Shown here: piece by piece, positions 1 to 9,079 of the stretch
Layout: each line of letters begins with the position of its first letter
Numbering within the stretch: position 1 is the first letter of the stretch
From: Streptomyces sp. V2I9
GTDB lineage: Bacteria > Actinomycetota > Actinomycetes > Streptomycetales > Streptomycetaceae
Direction of reading: 5' to 3'
DNA length: 32,000 bases
Assembly (NCBI RefSeq): GCF_030817475.1
Contig: NZ_JAUSZJ010000002.1
Span: 3,516,626-3,548,625 of the forward strand
Notes under the pieces: model-generated
What the model was told of the DNA's origin: nothing
The model's database searches: none
What the model saw: the letters and a program-made list of their open reading frames with translations, nothing else
Translations under genes and position numbers: made by a program

Positions 1-67
1 AACCTACGGCGGGCCGGTGCACCGACAACACCCGGTGGCGGCCCGCCGATTCACCCGGAGGTACCGC

Positions 68-964
68 ATGAGCGCGACGACACCGCCCGACACCGCCGCC
101 ACCGGGTTCACCGGGCCGCTCGTCGGGGCCGACCGGCTGGCGGCGCCGGCGGCCGCCCGGAGCGGTGAGGGCGTGGTCCTCTTCGACGCCTCGGTCGGAG
201 CCCACCGGGGCGCCCCGGTGCGCATCCCCGGGGCCCGCCCCTTCGACCTCGACGGCGAACTGTCCGACCACACCTCCCCTGTGCCGCACACCATGCCGGA
301 TGTCCGGCAGTTCACCGAGGCCCTGCGTGCGCTCGGCGTCGACGACTCCGACACGGTGGTCGTCTACGACGCCCGGGGCATCTACTCCAGCGCCCGCGCC
401 TGGTGGATGCTGCGCGCCATGGGCTTCGACCGGGTCGCCGTCCTCGACGGCGGCCTGCCCGCCTGGATCGCGGCCGGCCATCCGGTCGAGTCGACGCCCG
501 CCGCCTACGACGGCCCGCGCGGCGGCTTCACCGCCCGGCCCCGACCGGGGCTGATCGTGGACGCCGACGCGGTCGCAGCAGCCCTCGCCGACCCGGCGTC
601 CGCCGTGCTCGACGCACGTACCGCGGAACGGTACGCCGGCACCGCGCCCGAGCCGCGGCCCGGCCTGCGCCGGGGCCACATGCCGGGCGCCGCCGGCCTC
701 CCCTTCGGCGAACTCCTGCGGGACGGCGGTGTGATGCGGCCGGCGCACGAACTGCGCACGGTGTTCGAGGCGGCGGCCGGGGGCCGTGAGCAGCTGTACT
801 TCAGCTGTGGCTCCGGGGTCACCGCCTGCGTCCTCGCCCTGGGGGCCACTCTGGCCGGGTACGACGACCTCGCCGTGTACGACGGCTCCTGGAGCGAGTG
901 GGGCCTGCCCTCCGACCGGCCGGTGGCCACCGGCGACGCCCTCGGCGGGAGCGGCCCGCGGTGA
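68..964 (+). CDS. sseA: Two-domain rhodanese sulfurtransferase (3-mercaptopyruvate/thiosulfate sulfurtransferase type)
   Basis: ORF 17..964 trimmed to ATG 68, which has GGAGG 6 nt upstream. Tandem rhodanese layout with active-site loop YFSCGSGVTACV and a SWSEWG tail. Confidence 0.85.
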   Translation: MSATTPPDTAATGFTGPLVGADRLAAPAAARSGEGVVLFDASVGAHRGAPVRIPGARPFDLDGELSDHTSPVPHTMPDVRQFTEALRALGVDDSDTVVVYDARGIYSSARAWWMLRAMGFDRVAVLDGGLPAWIAAGHPVESTPAAYDGPRGGFTARPRPGLIVDADAVAAALADPASAVLDARTAERYAGTAPEPRPGLRRGHMPGAAGLPFGELLRDGGVMRPAHELRTVFEAAAGGREQLYFSCGSGVTACVLALGATLAGYDDLAVYDGSWSEWGLPSDRPVATGDALGGSGPR

Positions 965-1288
965 CCGGGGCACGGTGCGGCGGGCGGCTCACCGCGCAGG
1001 GGCGTCCCTTCACCGGCCCGCCTCGCGGATGGTGCGGACCGATGCGAGGCGGAACGCCGCGCCCTTCGGGGGGAAGCAGCGGTGCTCCGGTTGCTGAACG
1101 GCCTCCGACCGGCCGACGCCCGCCCCGCTGAGCACGGGTGAACAGGGGGCACTGCGGGGCGCTGCGGAGACCGTGTTCCGGCGCCTGAACGGTCACGGGT
1201 GGGACGCGTACAACCAACCGACGCTCTGGTCCGTCTTGTTCGGCGACGTCTGATCGACATCGGCCGCCGAACAGGACTGAAGGACTTG

Positions 1289-3700
1289 ATGAACCCAGCC
1301 AGACGCACGACCGCCACCGCCTTGGTTCTGGCGACGGCAGGCGGAGTGCTGTACGCCACCGCCGTACCCGCCACCGCCGCGGTGAGCTGTGCCTCCCCCG
1401 TCTTCACACGGCAGTTCTTCACGAACACGACGTTCTCGGGCACGCCGAAGAAGACGGACTGCGACTCCGCGATCGCCCAGAACTGGGGCAAGGGGGCGCC
1501 CGCCTCCGGCGTGCCGTCCAACCACTTCGGTGTCCGCTGGACGGTGACGCGCGACTTCGGTTCCGGCGGCCCCTTCACGTTCACGGCCTCCGCCCAGGAC
1601 GGCATGCGGGTCTACCTCGACGGGGTCCGCAAGATCGACGTGTGGAAGAACGTCTCCGCCACCGTCGAGAAGACGGTCAACGTGACGATTCCCCAGGGGA
1701 AGCACACGCTCCGCTTCGACTTCGTCAACTGGACGGGTTCCGCGAACGTCAGGTTCACCTACACGCCGCGCACCTCCGCCGTCCATGACAAGGTCAGGCC
1801 CCTCACTCCGACGGGCGCGGCCGTTTCGTACGACTCCACCACCGGTGCGGCCAAGCTCACCTGGACCAGGAACCGGGAGATGGACCTGGCGAACTACCGG
1901 GTCTACCGGCGGCTGAAGGGCACGCCGTACGGAAGCAAGCCGCTCGGGACGACCACGGCCACGTCGTACACCGACAGCGCGCTGCCCAGGACCGGCGCGG
2001 CCTACTACTACGAGGTGCGGGCCGTCGACCGGGCGGGCCATGCCTCCGGCGGCAGCACCGACGCCCTCGTCACCACCATCGACAGGACGCCGCCCGCCGC
2101 ACCCTTCGTCGAATGGGACGCCTGCCCGGCCGACCAGCCCTACGCGGCGCCGGAGCTGGTCACCACCGCGCAGAACGCCGCCGACATCGCCCGGTACGAG
2201 ATGCAGCGGCTCGACGCCGTCACGAAGCGCTGGAGCACCGTCTACTCCGGCACCAAGGGCGCGATCTGCGACACCGGCTACCGGGCCGACGGCAGCCAGG
2301 TCACCTACCGGGGGCGGGCACGGGACGCCGTCGGGAACTGGTCGGCGTACTCGGCCGCCAGGACGTTCACCACCCCCGACCTGACCCCGCCCGCCGCCGT
2401 CACGGGGCTCCGCACCGAGTATCGCTCGGGCGTTCCGCATCTGGTGTGGTCACCGGTCACCGGGGCCGCCTCGTACCAGGTCCTCCAGTACGACCCGGCG
2501 ACCGGCGGCTACACCGACGCTCTTCCCGAGGGGAGCGCCGCCACCCGGACCGACGTGGTGCCGCGGCAGACGGCCGCCGTCGCCGACAGCTACCGGTACG
2601 CGGTCCGCTCCGTGGACGCCCGGGGCAACGCCGCCGCGCCGGTGGAGATCACGCTGGAGATGGCCGACCGGCCGGAGGCGATCCCGGCCTTCAAGACCAC
2701 CGCCAAGAGGTTCGACGAGGGCGTGATGGTCGCGTGGAGCAGCGTCGACCCGTGGACCGTCGACGAACAGCACCTTCCCACGTACAGGATCATCCGGACC
2801 GACACCGCGACGGGCGAGACCGCCGTCGTGGACCAGTGCAAGCCGTTCACCGCGGTGGACCAGCCGTTGGACGACCCGGACACGTACTGGACCTGGGCGG
2901 ACGACGACGCCCCCCTCTCCGCCCGCAGGCAGGTCAACGGCAGCTGCTGGGACGTCCAGGGCGCGTCGGAGACGACGTACGAGTACCGGGTCGTGACGAC
3001 CGACCGGTACGGGCGGGTGTCGCAGGCCGGTCCGCCCGCCACGGAGACCACCCCGGACACCCGGCGTCCCGCCCCGGTCCAGGACCTGACCGCGGAACGC
3101 GTCCCGCTCGGCGTCCGGCTGACCTGGACGCCGCCCGCCGACGCCGACGTCCGCGGCTACCACGTATGGCAGGGCGTCACCGACCCGGACAGCGGTGAGA
3201 CGGTCTGGAAGGAGAACTGCTGGACCGGCAGTTCCCTGGCCGGCACCGAGATCCTCTGCCCGACGGTCGCCGACGGCGCCACCCACGTCTACAAGGTGGC
3301 GGCCACGGACGACCGGCTCCTGCACGACGACGAGCCACTCGACGTACTCCACCCCGCCGAGGTGTCGGTCACGCTGCCCGACACCCGGCCACCGGGCTGG
3401 ACGGAGACCGACGTCCGCGAGGGCCAGTACCCGGAGCTGTACGTCGGCTGCTCCGAGAGCTCCGGACTCGGGGACTGCTCCCGCTTCGCGAGCTACCGCG
3501 TGGAGCGCTGGGACCCCGTCACCGCCGCCTACGTCGCCCTGACGGAGGGCACGGCGGGTGACGCGGCGTTCTTCATGGACACCACGGTGCACGAGGACCG
3601 GCTCGGCCTGTACTACTACCGCGTCGTACGGCTCGACGCCTCGGGCGCCGAGGCCGCGACCCGATCGACGGCCTACGGCATCTGGGACTCCTGGCTCTGA
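1289..3700 (+). CDS. Secreted PA14-domain protein followed by several fibronectin type III-like repeats
   Basis: ORF 1199..3700 trimmed to ATG 1289 (GAAGGA upstream), giving a Sec-type signal peptide MNPARRTTATALVLATAGGVLYATAVPATA. PA14-like segment FFTNTTFSGTP...GVRWT...DGMRVYLDG...GKHTLRFDF. This is followed by repeated ~90-aa units with a W..........Y.V.R....Y.Y.V.AVD..GN pattern. Confidence 0.85.
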   Translation: MNPARRTTATALVLATAGGVLYATAVPATAAVSCASPVFTRQFFTNTTFSGTPKKTDCDSAIAQNWGKGAPASGVPSNHFGVRWTVTRDFGSGGPFTFTASAQDGMRVYLDGVRKIDVWKNVSATVEKTVNVTIPQGKHTLRFDFVNWTGSANVRFTYTPRTSAVHDKVRPLTPTGAAVSYDSTTGAAKLTWTRNREMDLANYRVYRRLKGTPYGSKPLGTTTATSYTDSALPRTGAAYYYEVRAVDRAGHASGGSTDALVTTIDRTPPAAPFVEWDACPADQPYAAPELVTTAQNAADIARYEMQRLDAVTKRWSTVYSGTKGAICDTGYRADGSQVTYRGRARDAVGNWSAYSAARTFTTPDLTPPAAVTGLRTEYRSGVPHLVWSPVTGAASYQVLQYDPATGGYTDALPEGSAATRTDVVPRQTAAVADSYRYAVRSVDARGNAAAPVEITLEMADRPEAIPAFKTTAKRFDEGVMVAWSSVDPWTVDEQHLPTYRIIRTDTATGETAVVDQCKPFTAVDQPLDDPDTYWTWADDDAPLSARRQVNGSCWDVQGASETTYEYRVVTTDRYGRVSQAGPPATETTPDTRRPAPVQDLTAERVPLGVRLTWTPPADADVRGYHVWQGVTDPDSGETVWKENCWTGSSLAGTEILCPTVADGATHVYKVAATDDRLLHDDEPLDVLHPAEVSVTLPDTRPPGWTETDVREGQYPELYVGCSESSGLGDCSRFASYRVERWDPVTAAYVALTEGTAGDAAFFMDTTVHEDRLGLYYYRVVRLDASGAEAATRSTAYGIWDSWL

Positions 3701-3736
3701 CCCGAGGTGGGCCAGGGGGAGGGGACCGGTGGGCCC

Positions 3737-3774
3737 GGGGGAGGGGACCGAAGAGTTCTTCGGTCCCCTCCCCC
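3737..3774. terminator. Bidirectional intrinsic terminator hairpin between convergent genes
   Basis: Perfect 17-bp stem GGGGGAGGGGACCGAAG / CTTCGGTCCCCTCCCCC with loop AGTT. It lies between stop codons at 3700 (+) and 3841 (-). Confidence 0.6.
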
Positions 3775-3840
3775 TCCTCTGTGTCCCGGCGCAACGAACC
3801 GTGGTGAAGGGCCAACGGTTCCTGCGGCCGACTGTCGCCC

Positions 3841-5211
3841 CTACGGGGCGATGTTCTGGTTCACGTGGAAGAGGTTTCCGGGGTCGTAGTCCCTCTTGAC
3901 CTCGACGAGGCGTTCGTAGTTGCCCTGGTAGTTGGCCCTGATGCGGTCCTGGTCGTCCTCGGACATGAAGTTGATGTACCCGCCTTCTTCCGCGTGCGGT
4001 GCGGTGGCCTGGTAGTAGTCCCGCACCCAGGCGATGTTGGCCTCGTTGTCGGCAGGGTCCGGCCACATGCCCGCGATGACGGTGGCGAAGTTGGCGTCAC
4101 GGTAGGCGAAGGCCGTGTCCTCCGGTGCCACGCGATGGCAGGCGCCGTTGACCGGATAGATGTGCACCGTCGAGTTCATGGCGGGCAGCCGGGCCGCGTG
4201 ATCGAGGTGTGCCGTGATCGCCGCATCACTGAGCTCCGTCACGAAGTTGGCCTTCCAGTAGTGCTGCAGGCCAGGCGGTACCAGCGCGTCGAACGCGCTG
4301 TTGAGAGCGGGATACGGCAGGGGGCCGACGTGCTCGGCGACCACCGGTGCGATATCCCGGAACCGCTGGACGGCGCGCTCTCCCTCGTCCATGGGTCCGG
4401 ACCAGCACGCGACGATGAGGATGAAGGTGTCGCCGTGCCGGTCCTCCGGGATGAACGGCAGTGGCGGAGCGATCTGGAAGGCGGGGAAGCCGCCGAGCTC
4501 CTCGGGGGCGTCGGCGATGAACTCGCGGAACGCGCGCAGAACCGTGCCCGCATCCTCCAACTCGTACAGGATGGGCCCGCCGTAGATGTTCTCGACCGGA
4601 CTGAGCCGGAACTCGGACGACGTCACCGCGCCGAAGTTGCCGCCGCCACCGCGGATGGCCCAGAACAGGTCTTCGTGTTCGTGCTCGCTCGCCACGAGCA
4701 GCCTGCCGTCCGCAGTCACCACATCGGCCGAGACCAGGTTGTCGCAGCTCAGCCCGAGGCTGCGGGCAAGGTACCCGATCCCTCCACCGAGGGTGAGCCC
4801 CGCGACGCCGGTGGTGGAGATGATCCCGCCCGTTGTGGCCAGACCGAACGTGTGCGTCGCCGCGTCGAAGTCGCCCCAGGTCGCTCCGCCGTCCACCCGC
4901 GCGGTCCGCCGCCGGGGATCGACCCGGACGCCTCTCATGCCCGACAGATCGGCCACAACACCGTCGTCGCAGGTCCCGAAGCCGGGCACGCTGTGCCCAC
5001 CACCACGCACCGCGAGGTCCAGCTCATTCCCGCGTGCGAAGTCGACCACAGCCATCACATCGCCCGCATGCGCACACTGCACGACGGCAGCCGGGTACCG
5101 GTCGATCATGCCGTTGTAGACCTTGCGCGCCTCGTCGTAGCCGTCGCAGTCACGCGTGATCACCGGCCCCCGTACACGGTCCCGCAGCTGGTTGATCGAT
5201 GAGATGTTCAT
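3841..5211 (-). CDS. FAD-linked oxidase (PCMH-type FAD-binding domain plus BBE-like C-terminus)
   Basis: Motifs RGGGHS, GGGIGYL, LFWAIRGGGGNFG and the C-terminal YINF...NYERL..VK..YDP.N.F..NQNI. AAGGAG sits 8 nt upstream of ATG 5211, so this start is preferred over GTG 5220. Confidence 0.9.
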   Translation of the reverse strand: MNISSINQLRDRVRGPVITRDCDGYDEARKVYNGMIDRYPAAVVQCAHAGDVMAVVDFARGNELDLAVRGGGHSVPGFGTCDDGVVADLSGMRGVRVDPRRRTARVDGGATWGDFDAATHTFGLATTGGIISTTGVAGLTLGGGIGYLARSLGLSCDNLVSADVVTADGRLLVASEHEHEDLFWAIRGGGGNFGAVTSSEFRLSPVENIYGGPILYELEDAGTVLRAFREFIADAPEELGGFPAFQIAPPLPFIPEDRHGDTFILIVACWSGPMDEGERAVQRFRDIAPVVAEHVGPLPYPALNSAFDALVPPGLQHYWKANFVTELSDAAITAHLDHAARLPAMNSTVHIYPVNGACHRVAPEDTAFAYRDANFATVIAGMWPDPADNEANIAWVRDYYQATAPHAEEGGYINFMSEDDQDRIRANYQGNYERLVEVKRDYDPGNLFHVNQNIAP

Positions 5212-5469
5212 CCATCTCACTCCTTGCGCGCTCTTGCACGAGTTCCGGAGACGTCCAGCCCTCTACGTCGGTCGCTCCTGGCTCCCCTGCCCGTCAGCGA
5301 CCCGGCTGCCCTCATCCAGGCGTCTTCCACGCTACGCCGGTGAGCCGGATGCTCAACTCGACCAGGGTGGGAGCATGCCCGCCGGATGTCCGACCACGGG
5401 TCGCCGATGGCCGCCGGTCGCGGTCGGCCTGTTCCTCCGGTTCCTCCGATTCCTCCCGGGGGAGGGGGC

Positions 5470-5824
5470 ACAGGGCGTCGGCCGGTCGGTGGCGGTTGTA
5501 GTGGAGGCCCGATTCCGGGTCGGAGTACCGGCCGGGGAAGCGCAGGGGGGTGTACGCGCCGGCGTCGCGGTCCCACGACGTGGCTCCCCACAGGACGGAT
5601 CGGGTGCGCCGCCCGGTCTCGTCGTCGGCGCGACCAGTGCCTGGTCGCGCCGAGGGAGTCCGAGTACCGGTGACGCGGCCGCCCGTCGCCGGCCGGACGT
5701 CGTAGGCGAACGTGGACGACAGATAGCCGTCCGGGCCGACCGTGCGGACCACGCGGCCGGCACCGTCATACACATAGCGGAACGTTGGGGTCGTTACCGT
5801 CCACGAGGTGATCCGGTCGTCCGG
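5470..5824 (-). pseudogene. Decayed RHS tail (YD repeats plus core end), truncated after HYN.H
   Basis: Minus-strand translation gives DRITSWTVTTPTFRYVYDGAGRVVRTVGPDGY...WGATSWDRDAGAYTPLRFPGRYSDPESGLHYNRHR. At least one frameshift is needed (DQALVAPT in another frame). There is no DPxGL end and no toxin domain. Confidence 0.65.
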
Positions 5825-5871
5825 ACGGCGGGAAGGGTGTTGAGGGCGTTTTCCCCCGGTGTCCCACCTCA

Positions 5872-6190
5872 GCTGCACACTGACCGGCTCGGCGTTGAGG
5901 TGGAGATGGTCCGCCCCCGTGCCACTCGCCGTCCCCCTCGATGGGGACGTCGGCATTGACGGCGGCGGCATCCGGCACGATCCCCCTCTGACGGAAACAG
6001 CATCGACCCGTCCGGGTGGGCCACGTTCACCGCGGCTCCGGCCCCGTCCACCACAGCCCCGCACCTCGGCGAACGGTGACAACGCCGCCTCCCCGGCGAA
6101 CCTGCACGCCCACCGCACCCCGCCGAACTCGGCGGTCCATCACCCCTTACGGTCGTACGGCACGAGCACCAGGGCCCGCCGCAGAGCCCC
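5872..6190 (-). pseudogene. Decayed sseB-like gene (from about codon 20 onward) plus the first ~18 codons of the WXG-like gene
   Basis: Homologous to 16650..17075. ALRRALVLVPYDRKG*WTAEFGGVRWACRF carries an in-frame TGA. VNVAHPDGSMLFP and VPDAAAVNADVPIEG lie in other frames. It then continues as SGTGADHLHLNAEPVSVQL, matching the MSGTGAEDLNVDPVSVQQ start of 16054..16707. Confidence 0.65.
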
Positions 6191-6205
6191 CGCTGGGGTC
6201 CGTCC

Positions 6206-6364
6206 TCACAGCGATCGTGCCGAAAACAGCAACGACGGCAGGCTGACCGCTGCTTCGTAGGAAGGGGCGGTCTTGTCGCATCCGGTTGCGATGCCGCGGA
6301 TGGCTTTGAGCCGGGTGAAGCAGCGTCCGGCGGTGTTGCGGCGGTGGTAGGTGTCGCGGTCGAA
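6206..6364 (-). pseudogene. C-terminal remnant of an IS5-family transposase
   Basis: FDRDTYHRRNTAGRCFTRLKAIRGIATGCDKTAPSYEAAVSLPSLL matches the conserved Y..RN.VERCF..LK..RGIATRYDK....Y tail of IS5-family DDE transposases. No N-terminal part is present. Confidence 0.6.
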
Positions 6365-6981
6365 GCCTGGCGGTCGGCCGACACCGGGACCGTTCCCTCC
6401 CCGCTCCCGTACTACCCCCACCACCTTCTCGAATCGCCTCATCCGCAAGCCGGTGAGTGTCTCCACCCACACGACTCAGCCGGCAACGCCCCCCATAGAA
6501 GAGAAGTGCCCTGACTCAGGCGTTCCGCACCAACCTTGAGAGGCTGTCCCTCTGACTTCACAGCGATCGAGCGACGTGCGAGGGTGGCCGCCGTGCAGCA
6601 GCTTGGTCACTGGAGGTCTGCGCGGAGATGTCAGTAGCGGTTGACCATGAGGCTGTCAGGGAATTATGGCGTCCCATCTCGCATTCTGCGCTGGCAGTTG
6701 ACGGCGAGCGGAACTGACGTGAGGGGCGCAACCTCATGACCTCTCCGCAGCGACTGCCGGCGACTCCCTGCCTCGTGCTCGGGGCAGAGCCTGGCTTGTT
6801 CTGGGGCTGGCTCCCCTCTCCGTACCGGCATGGGGGTCGGGCCCGGCTTGAATCCAACCTGTGTCGATGTCGCTCCGCTGGAATAGATGACCGTGCCCCT
6901 TTCCGCGAAATTTGAGGCGCGGCCACCCGTGCTCGCGCGACCTTTTGGTGATCTACTTAAGACTTGGATTGCGAGGAATGC

Positions 6982-7476
6982 ATGATGATTTGGTCGGCAG
7001 GGCAGAGGTTCAGGGAGGGGGATGTCTGCAAAGGGGTGGTATCTGATGTCTTCGACTTCGGCGTTTTCGTAGATCTTGGGGGTTGTGCGGGATTCGTCAA
7101 CCCCTCCGAGATCACATGGATGAAGTACGCGGAAATCACCGAAGTGATGTGCGAAGGGCGGGAGGTGAGTTCCCTGGTCATCGGTCACGCCCCTGCGCGA
7201 GAGCAAGTCCTCCTCTCCATCAAGGGCCTGGAGGAGGACCCCATGAAGAAATTTGCGCGCGAGCATTTTGGGGCATCTTTTACTGGGAGTGTCGTGATGG
7301 TGACGCCTGTCGGTCTTCTCGTTTCATTGCCGGGTGGAGTGAGCGGACTGCTCCCTGGGTCTGCAATGGTCGATATTGCTGATGAATATCGAGTGGGCGA
7401 TGAGATCTGTGTCGAGGTTGCCAGAATTAATCTTCATGAACGTCAGATCACACTCTCGCTGAGAGCTCGTACGTGA
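6982..7476 (+). CDS. Small protein with two S1-like RNA-binding (OB-fold) domains
   Basis: GDVCKGVVSDVFDFGVFVDLGGCAGFVNPSEI and FTGSVVMVTPVGLLVSLPGGVSGLLPGS...VGDEICVEVARINLHERQITLSLR fit the S1 motif twice. ATG 6982/6985 follows GAGGAA. Local G+C is about 50-58% by hand count, well below the surroundings. Confidence 0.6.
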   Translation: MMIWSAGQRFREGDVCKGVVSDVFDFGVFVDLGGCAGFVNPSEITWMKYAEITEVMCEGREVSSLVIGHAPAREQVLLSIKGLEEDPMKKFAREHFGASFTGSVVMVTPVGLLVSLPGGVSGLLPGSAMVDIADEYRVGDEICVEVARINLHERQITLSLRART

Positions 7477-7666
7477 GCTACCGTTTTGACGGGCTGCCAA
7501 CACCATGCAACCGGCCAGTGCGGCGCACCTGACCCGCAGGACTGTCGGCGTACGTGGGAACGCGGCCCTGGCAAGGTTTACGTGAAGCTAAGGGCTGTCC
7601 CGTAAATGATCTTCGCCGAGGCGGTGACATGAACGCCCGTGGGGTGGTTTGTCCGTTCAGCCGTTA

Positions 7667-8065
7667 CAGAGCCCCTGGATTACCGACCTTGGCCCGCCGC
7701 TCGGCGATTCGATCGCCCACCCGGTCGCCCACCGGAAGCCCTCCCTGTACGCGAGTCATCACCCTTCACTTCCGCGCACGCCAGGCCACCCCGCCCAGCT
7801 GCAACCACGTGGTTCTTGCCACCACCCAGCGCCCACACCACAGGCCGGCACTGAACACAAATAGGGCCCCAGTCGCTGACCAGTGCCTTCATGGAGGGAG
7901 CGGGGACGAGAATCGAACTCGCGCTCTGAGCTTGGGAATCAACGGTGCTTGGGCTGCCAGAGATGCTCTGACTTGGACTTTTGAATGTCGCCGGTAGATT
8001 GCCTCGGTCTTTGGGAGCCGCATCTGACCGCTGTTGTCCGCGCTGCTGGGCACGGATGGGGCACG
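7667..8065 (-). repeat. Module repeat copy C: arm, tRNA-Gly 3' fragment, degenerate hairpin, promoter region and first ~22 codons of the sseB-like gene
   Basis: Collinear with 16993..17482 and 10006..10485 at an estimated 70% identity by eye. The tRNA-Gly(CCC) 3' fragment at 7898..7938 has a 1-nt deletion. The sseB-like start reads VGDRVGDRIAERRAKVGNPGAL and then TAA at the breakpoint. Confidence 0.8.
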
Positions 8066-8311
8066 GCTGTTGAGGTCTGCTCGGCCCGATGCAAAGCTTG
8101 CCTGCACGTCGAGCCCGTAGGCGGCGCACTTCGTGTCGCCGATCCAGTCGGTTTTGCCCTGTCGCGCCTGCAAGTCGCTCAGGCCGAAGGGGGCACCGGC
8201 ATGGCGCCGTCCGAGCTCCTTGGGTTCGGCTGGTTCCAGCGGTTCTCGGCGGACTGTACGTCGAGGTGTCGGGGCGAACAGCGAGTTAGGTAGACCCACG
8301 TCCTGCCCCAT

Positions 8312-9067
8312 TCACCAGTTCTCGTAGTCCTCGATCAAGCGAGCCACAAGCTGGTGGAGCGCTGCTGCCCTGTTCAGGTCCTCCTTCTGTTCGCGCAGGG
8401 CCCGCTCAGTCGCCCGCAGCCGATGCCAGGCGTCCGGTTCCTTGTCCATCACGTCGTCGACCAGCGGGCGGGTGATCAGCGCGAGGCACTCGGCCAGTCG
8501 CCGCCTGGTGGATGGCGCCGGCGGCGCCAGGTCGGCGACGGCGTACCCGGTCGTCAGGTATCGGACAGGGTCGGCCAGGCTCCAGCCGACGACTGCCCCG
8601 GTCTGGACCAGGAGCGCCAAGCCTGGGGCGATACCGATCCGGGCATCCAGCGGAGTGTCGAGGATCGCGAGATTCCGCAGGCAGGCCAGTTCCGTCGCTT
8701 CGGGGTCGCAGCACAGCACCGCCGTCTGCGCGAGGGCAAAGTCGTTTGCCTCCTCCGCGCGGAGCCCGCCCCGGACGGCCCGGGGCTCGGTGGGAAGGCG
8801 GACTCCGGCCTCTGCCGGGGCGGATACGGCGGGCAGGTGGAGGCCCACGCCGACCAGCTCGCGGCTGCCGTTGTCGAACAGAAGGTCGTCGTTCTCCGAC
8901 CCCAGCCACTCCTGGCTTCCGAAGGTGCCGGGCAGCAGCCGCTCGAATTCCGCCCGGTCGGTGAACTCACCGACGACCAACTGGGGGATGTCGAGGGCGA
9001 GGCGCGGGGTGGACGTGAGCGGAGTATCCGTCACCACGGCGCGAAGGGTGTTCAGGGCGATTTCCAC
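8312..9067 (-). CDS. Putative cognate immunity protein of the orphan toxin cassette
   Basis: 251-aa ORF starting at GTG 9067, 12 nt after the orphan toxin stop, with GAGGTGGG upstream. No recognisable family. The role is inferred from position only. Confidence 0.55.
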   Translation of the reverse strand: MEIALNTLRAVVTDTPLTSTPRLALDIPQLVVGEFTDRAEFERLLPGTFGSQEWLGSENDDLLFDNGSRELVGVGLHLPAVSAPAEAGVRLPTEPRAVRGGLRAEEANDFALAQTAVLCCDPEATELACLRNLAILDTPLDARIGIAPGLALLVQTGAVVGWSLADPVRYLTTGYAVADLAPPAPSTRRRLAECLALITRPLVDDVMDKEPDAWHRLRATERALREQKEDLNRAAALHQLVARLIEDYENW

Positions 9068-9079
9068 AGGTGTCCCACC

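Noticed and set aside
965-1288. Possible riboswitch (a GGGACGC...-type c-di-GMP-like motif) or attenuator in the 325-nt leader of the PA14/FN3 gene. There is a 9-bp stem, 1237..1245 pairing with 1265..1273, just before the ribosome-binding site.
   Set aside because: I could not match the conserved cores of any riboswitch class that I remember beyond a few nucleotides. The stem-loop alone is weak evidence. A covariance-model scan would be needed.
6558-7266. Minus-strand ORFs 6558..6926 and 6664..7266 in the lower-GC insert.
   Set aside because: The second is antisense to the S1-domain ORF, which has real motifs. The first has no recognisable features or start context. Both end in the repeated TCACAGCGATCG motif, which is probably IS-end debris.
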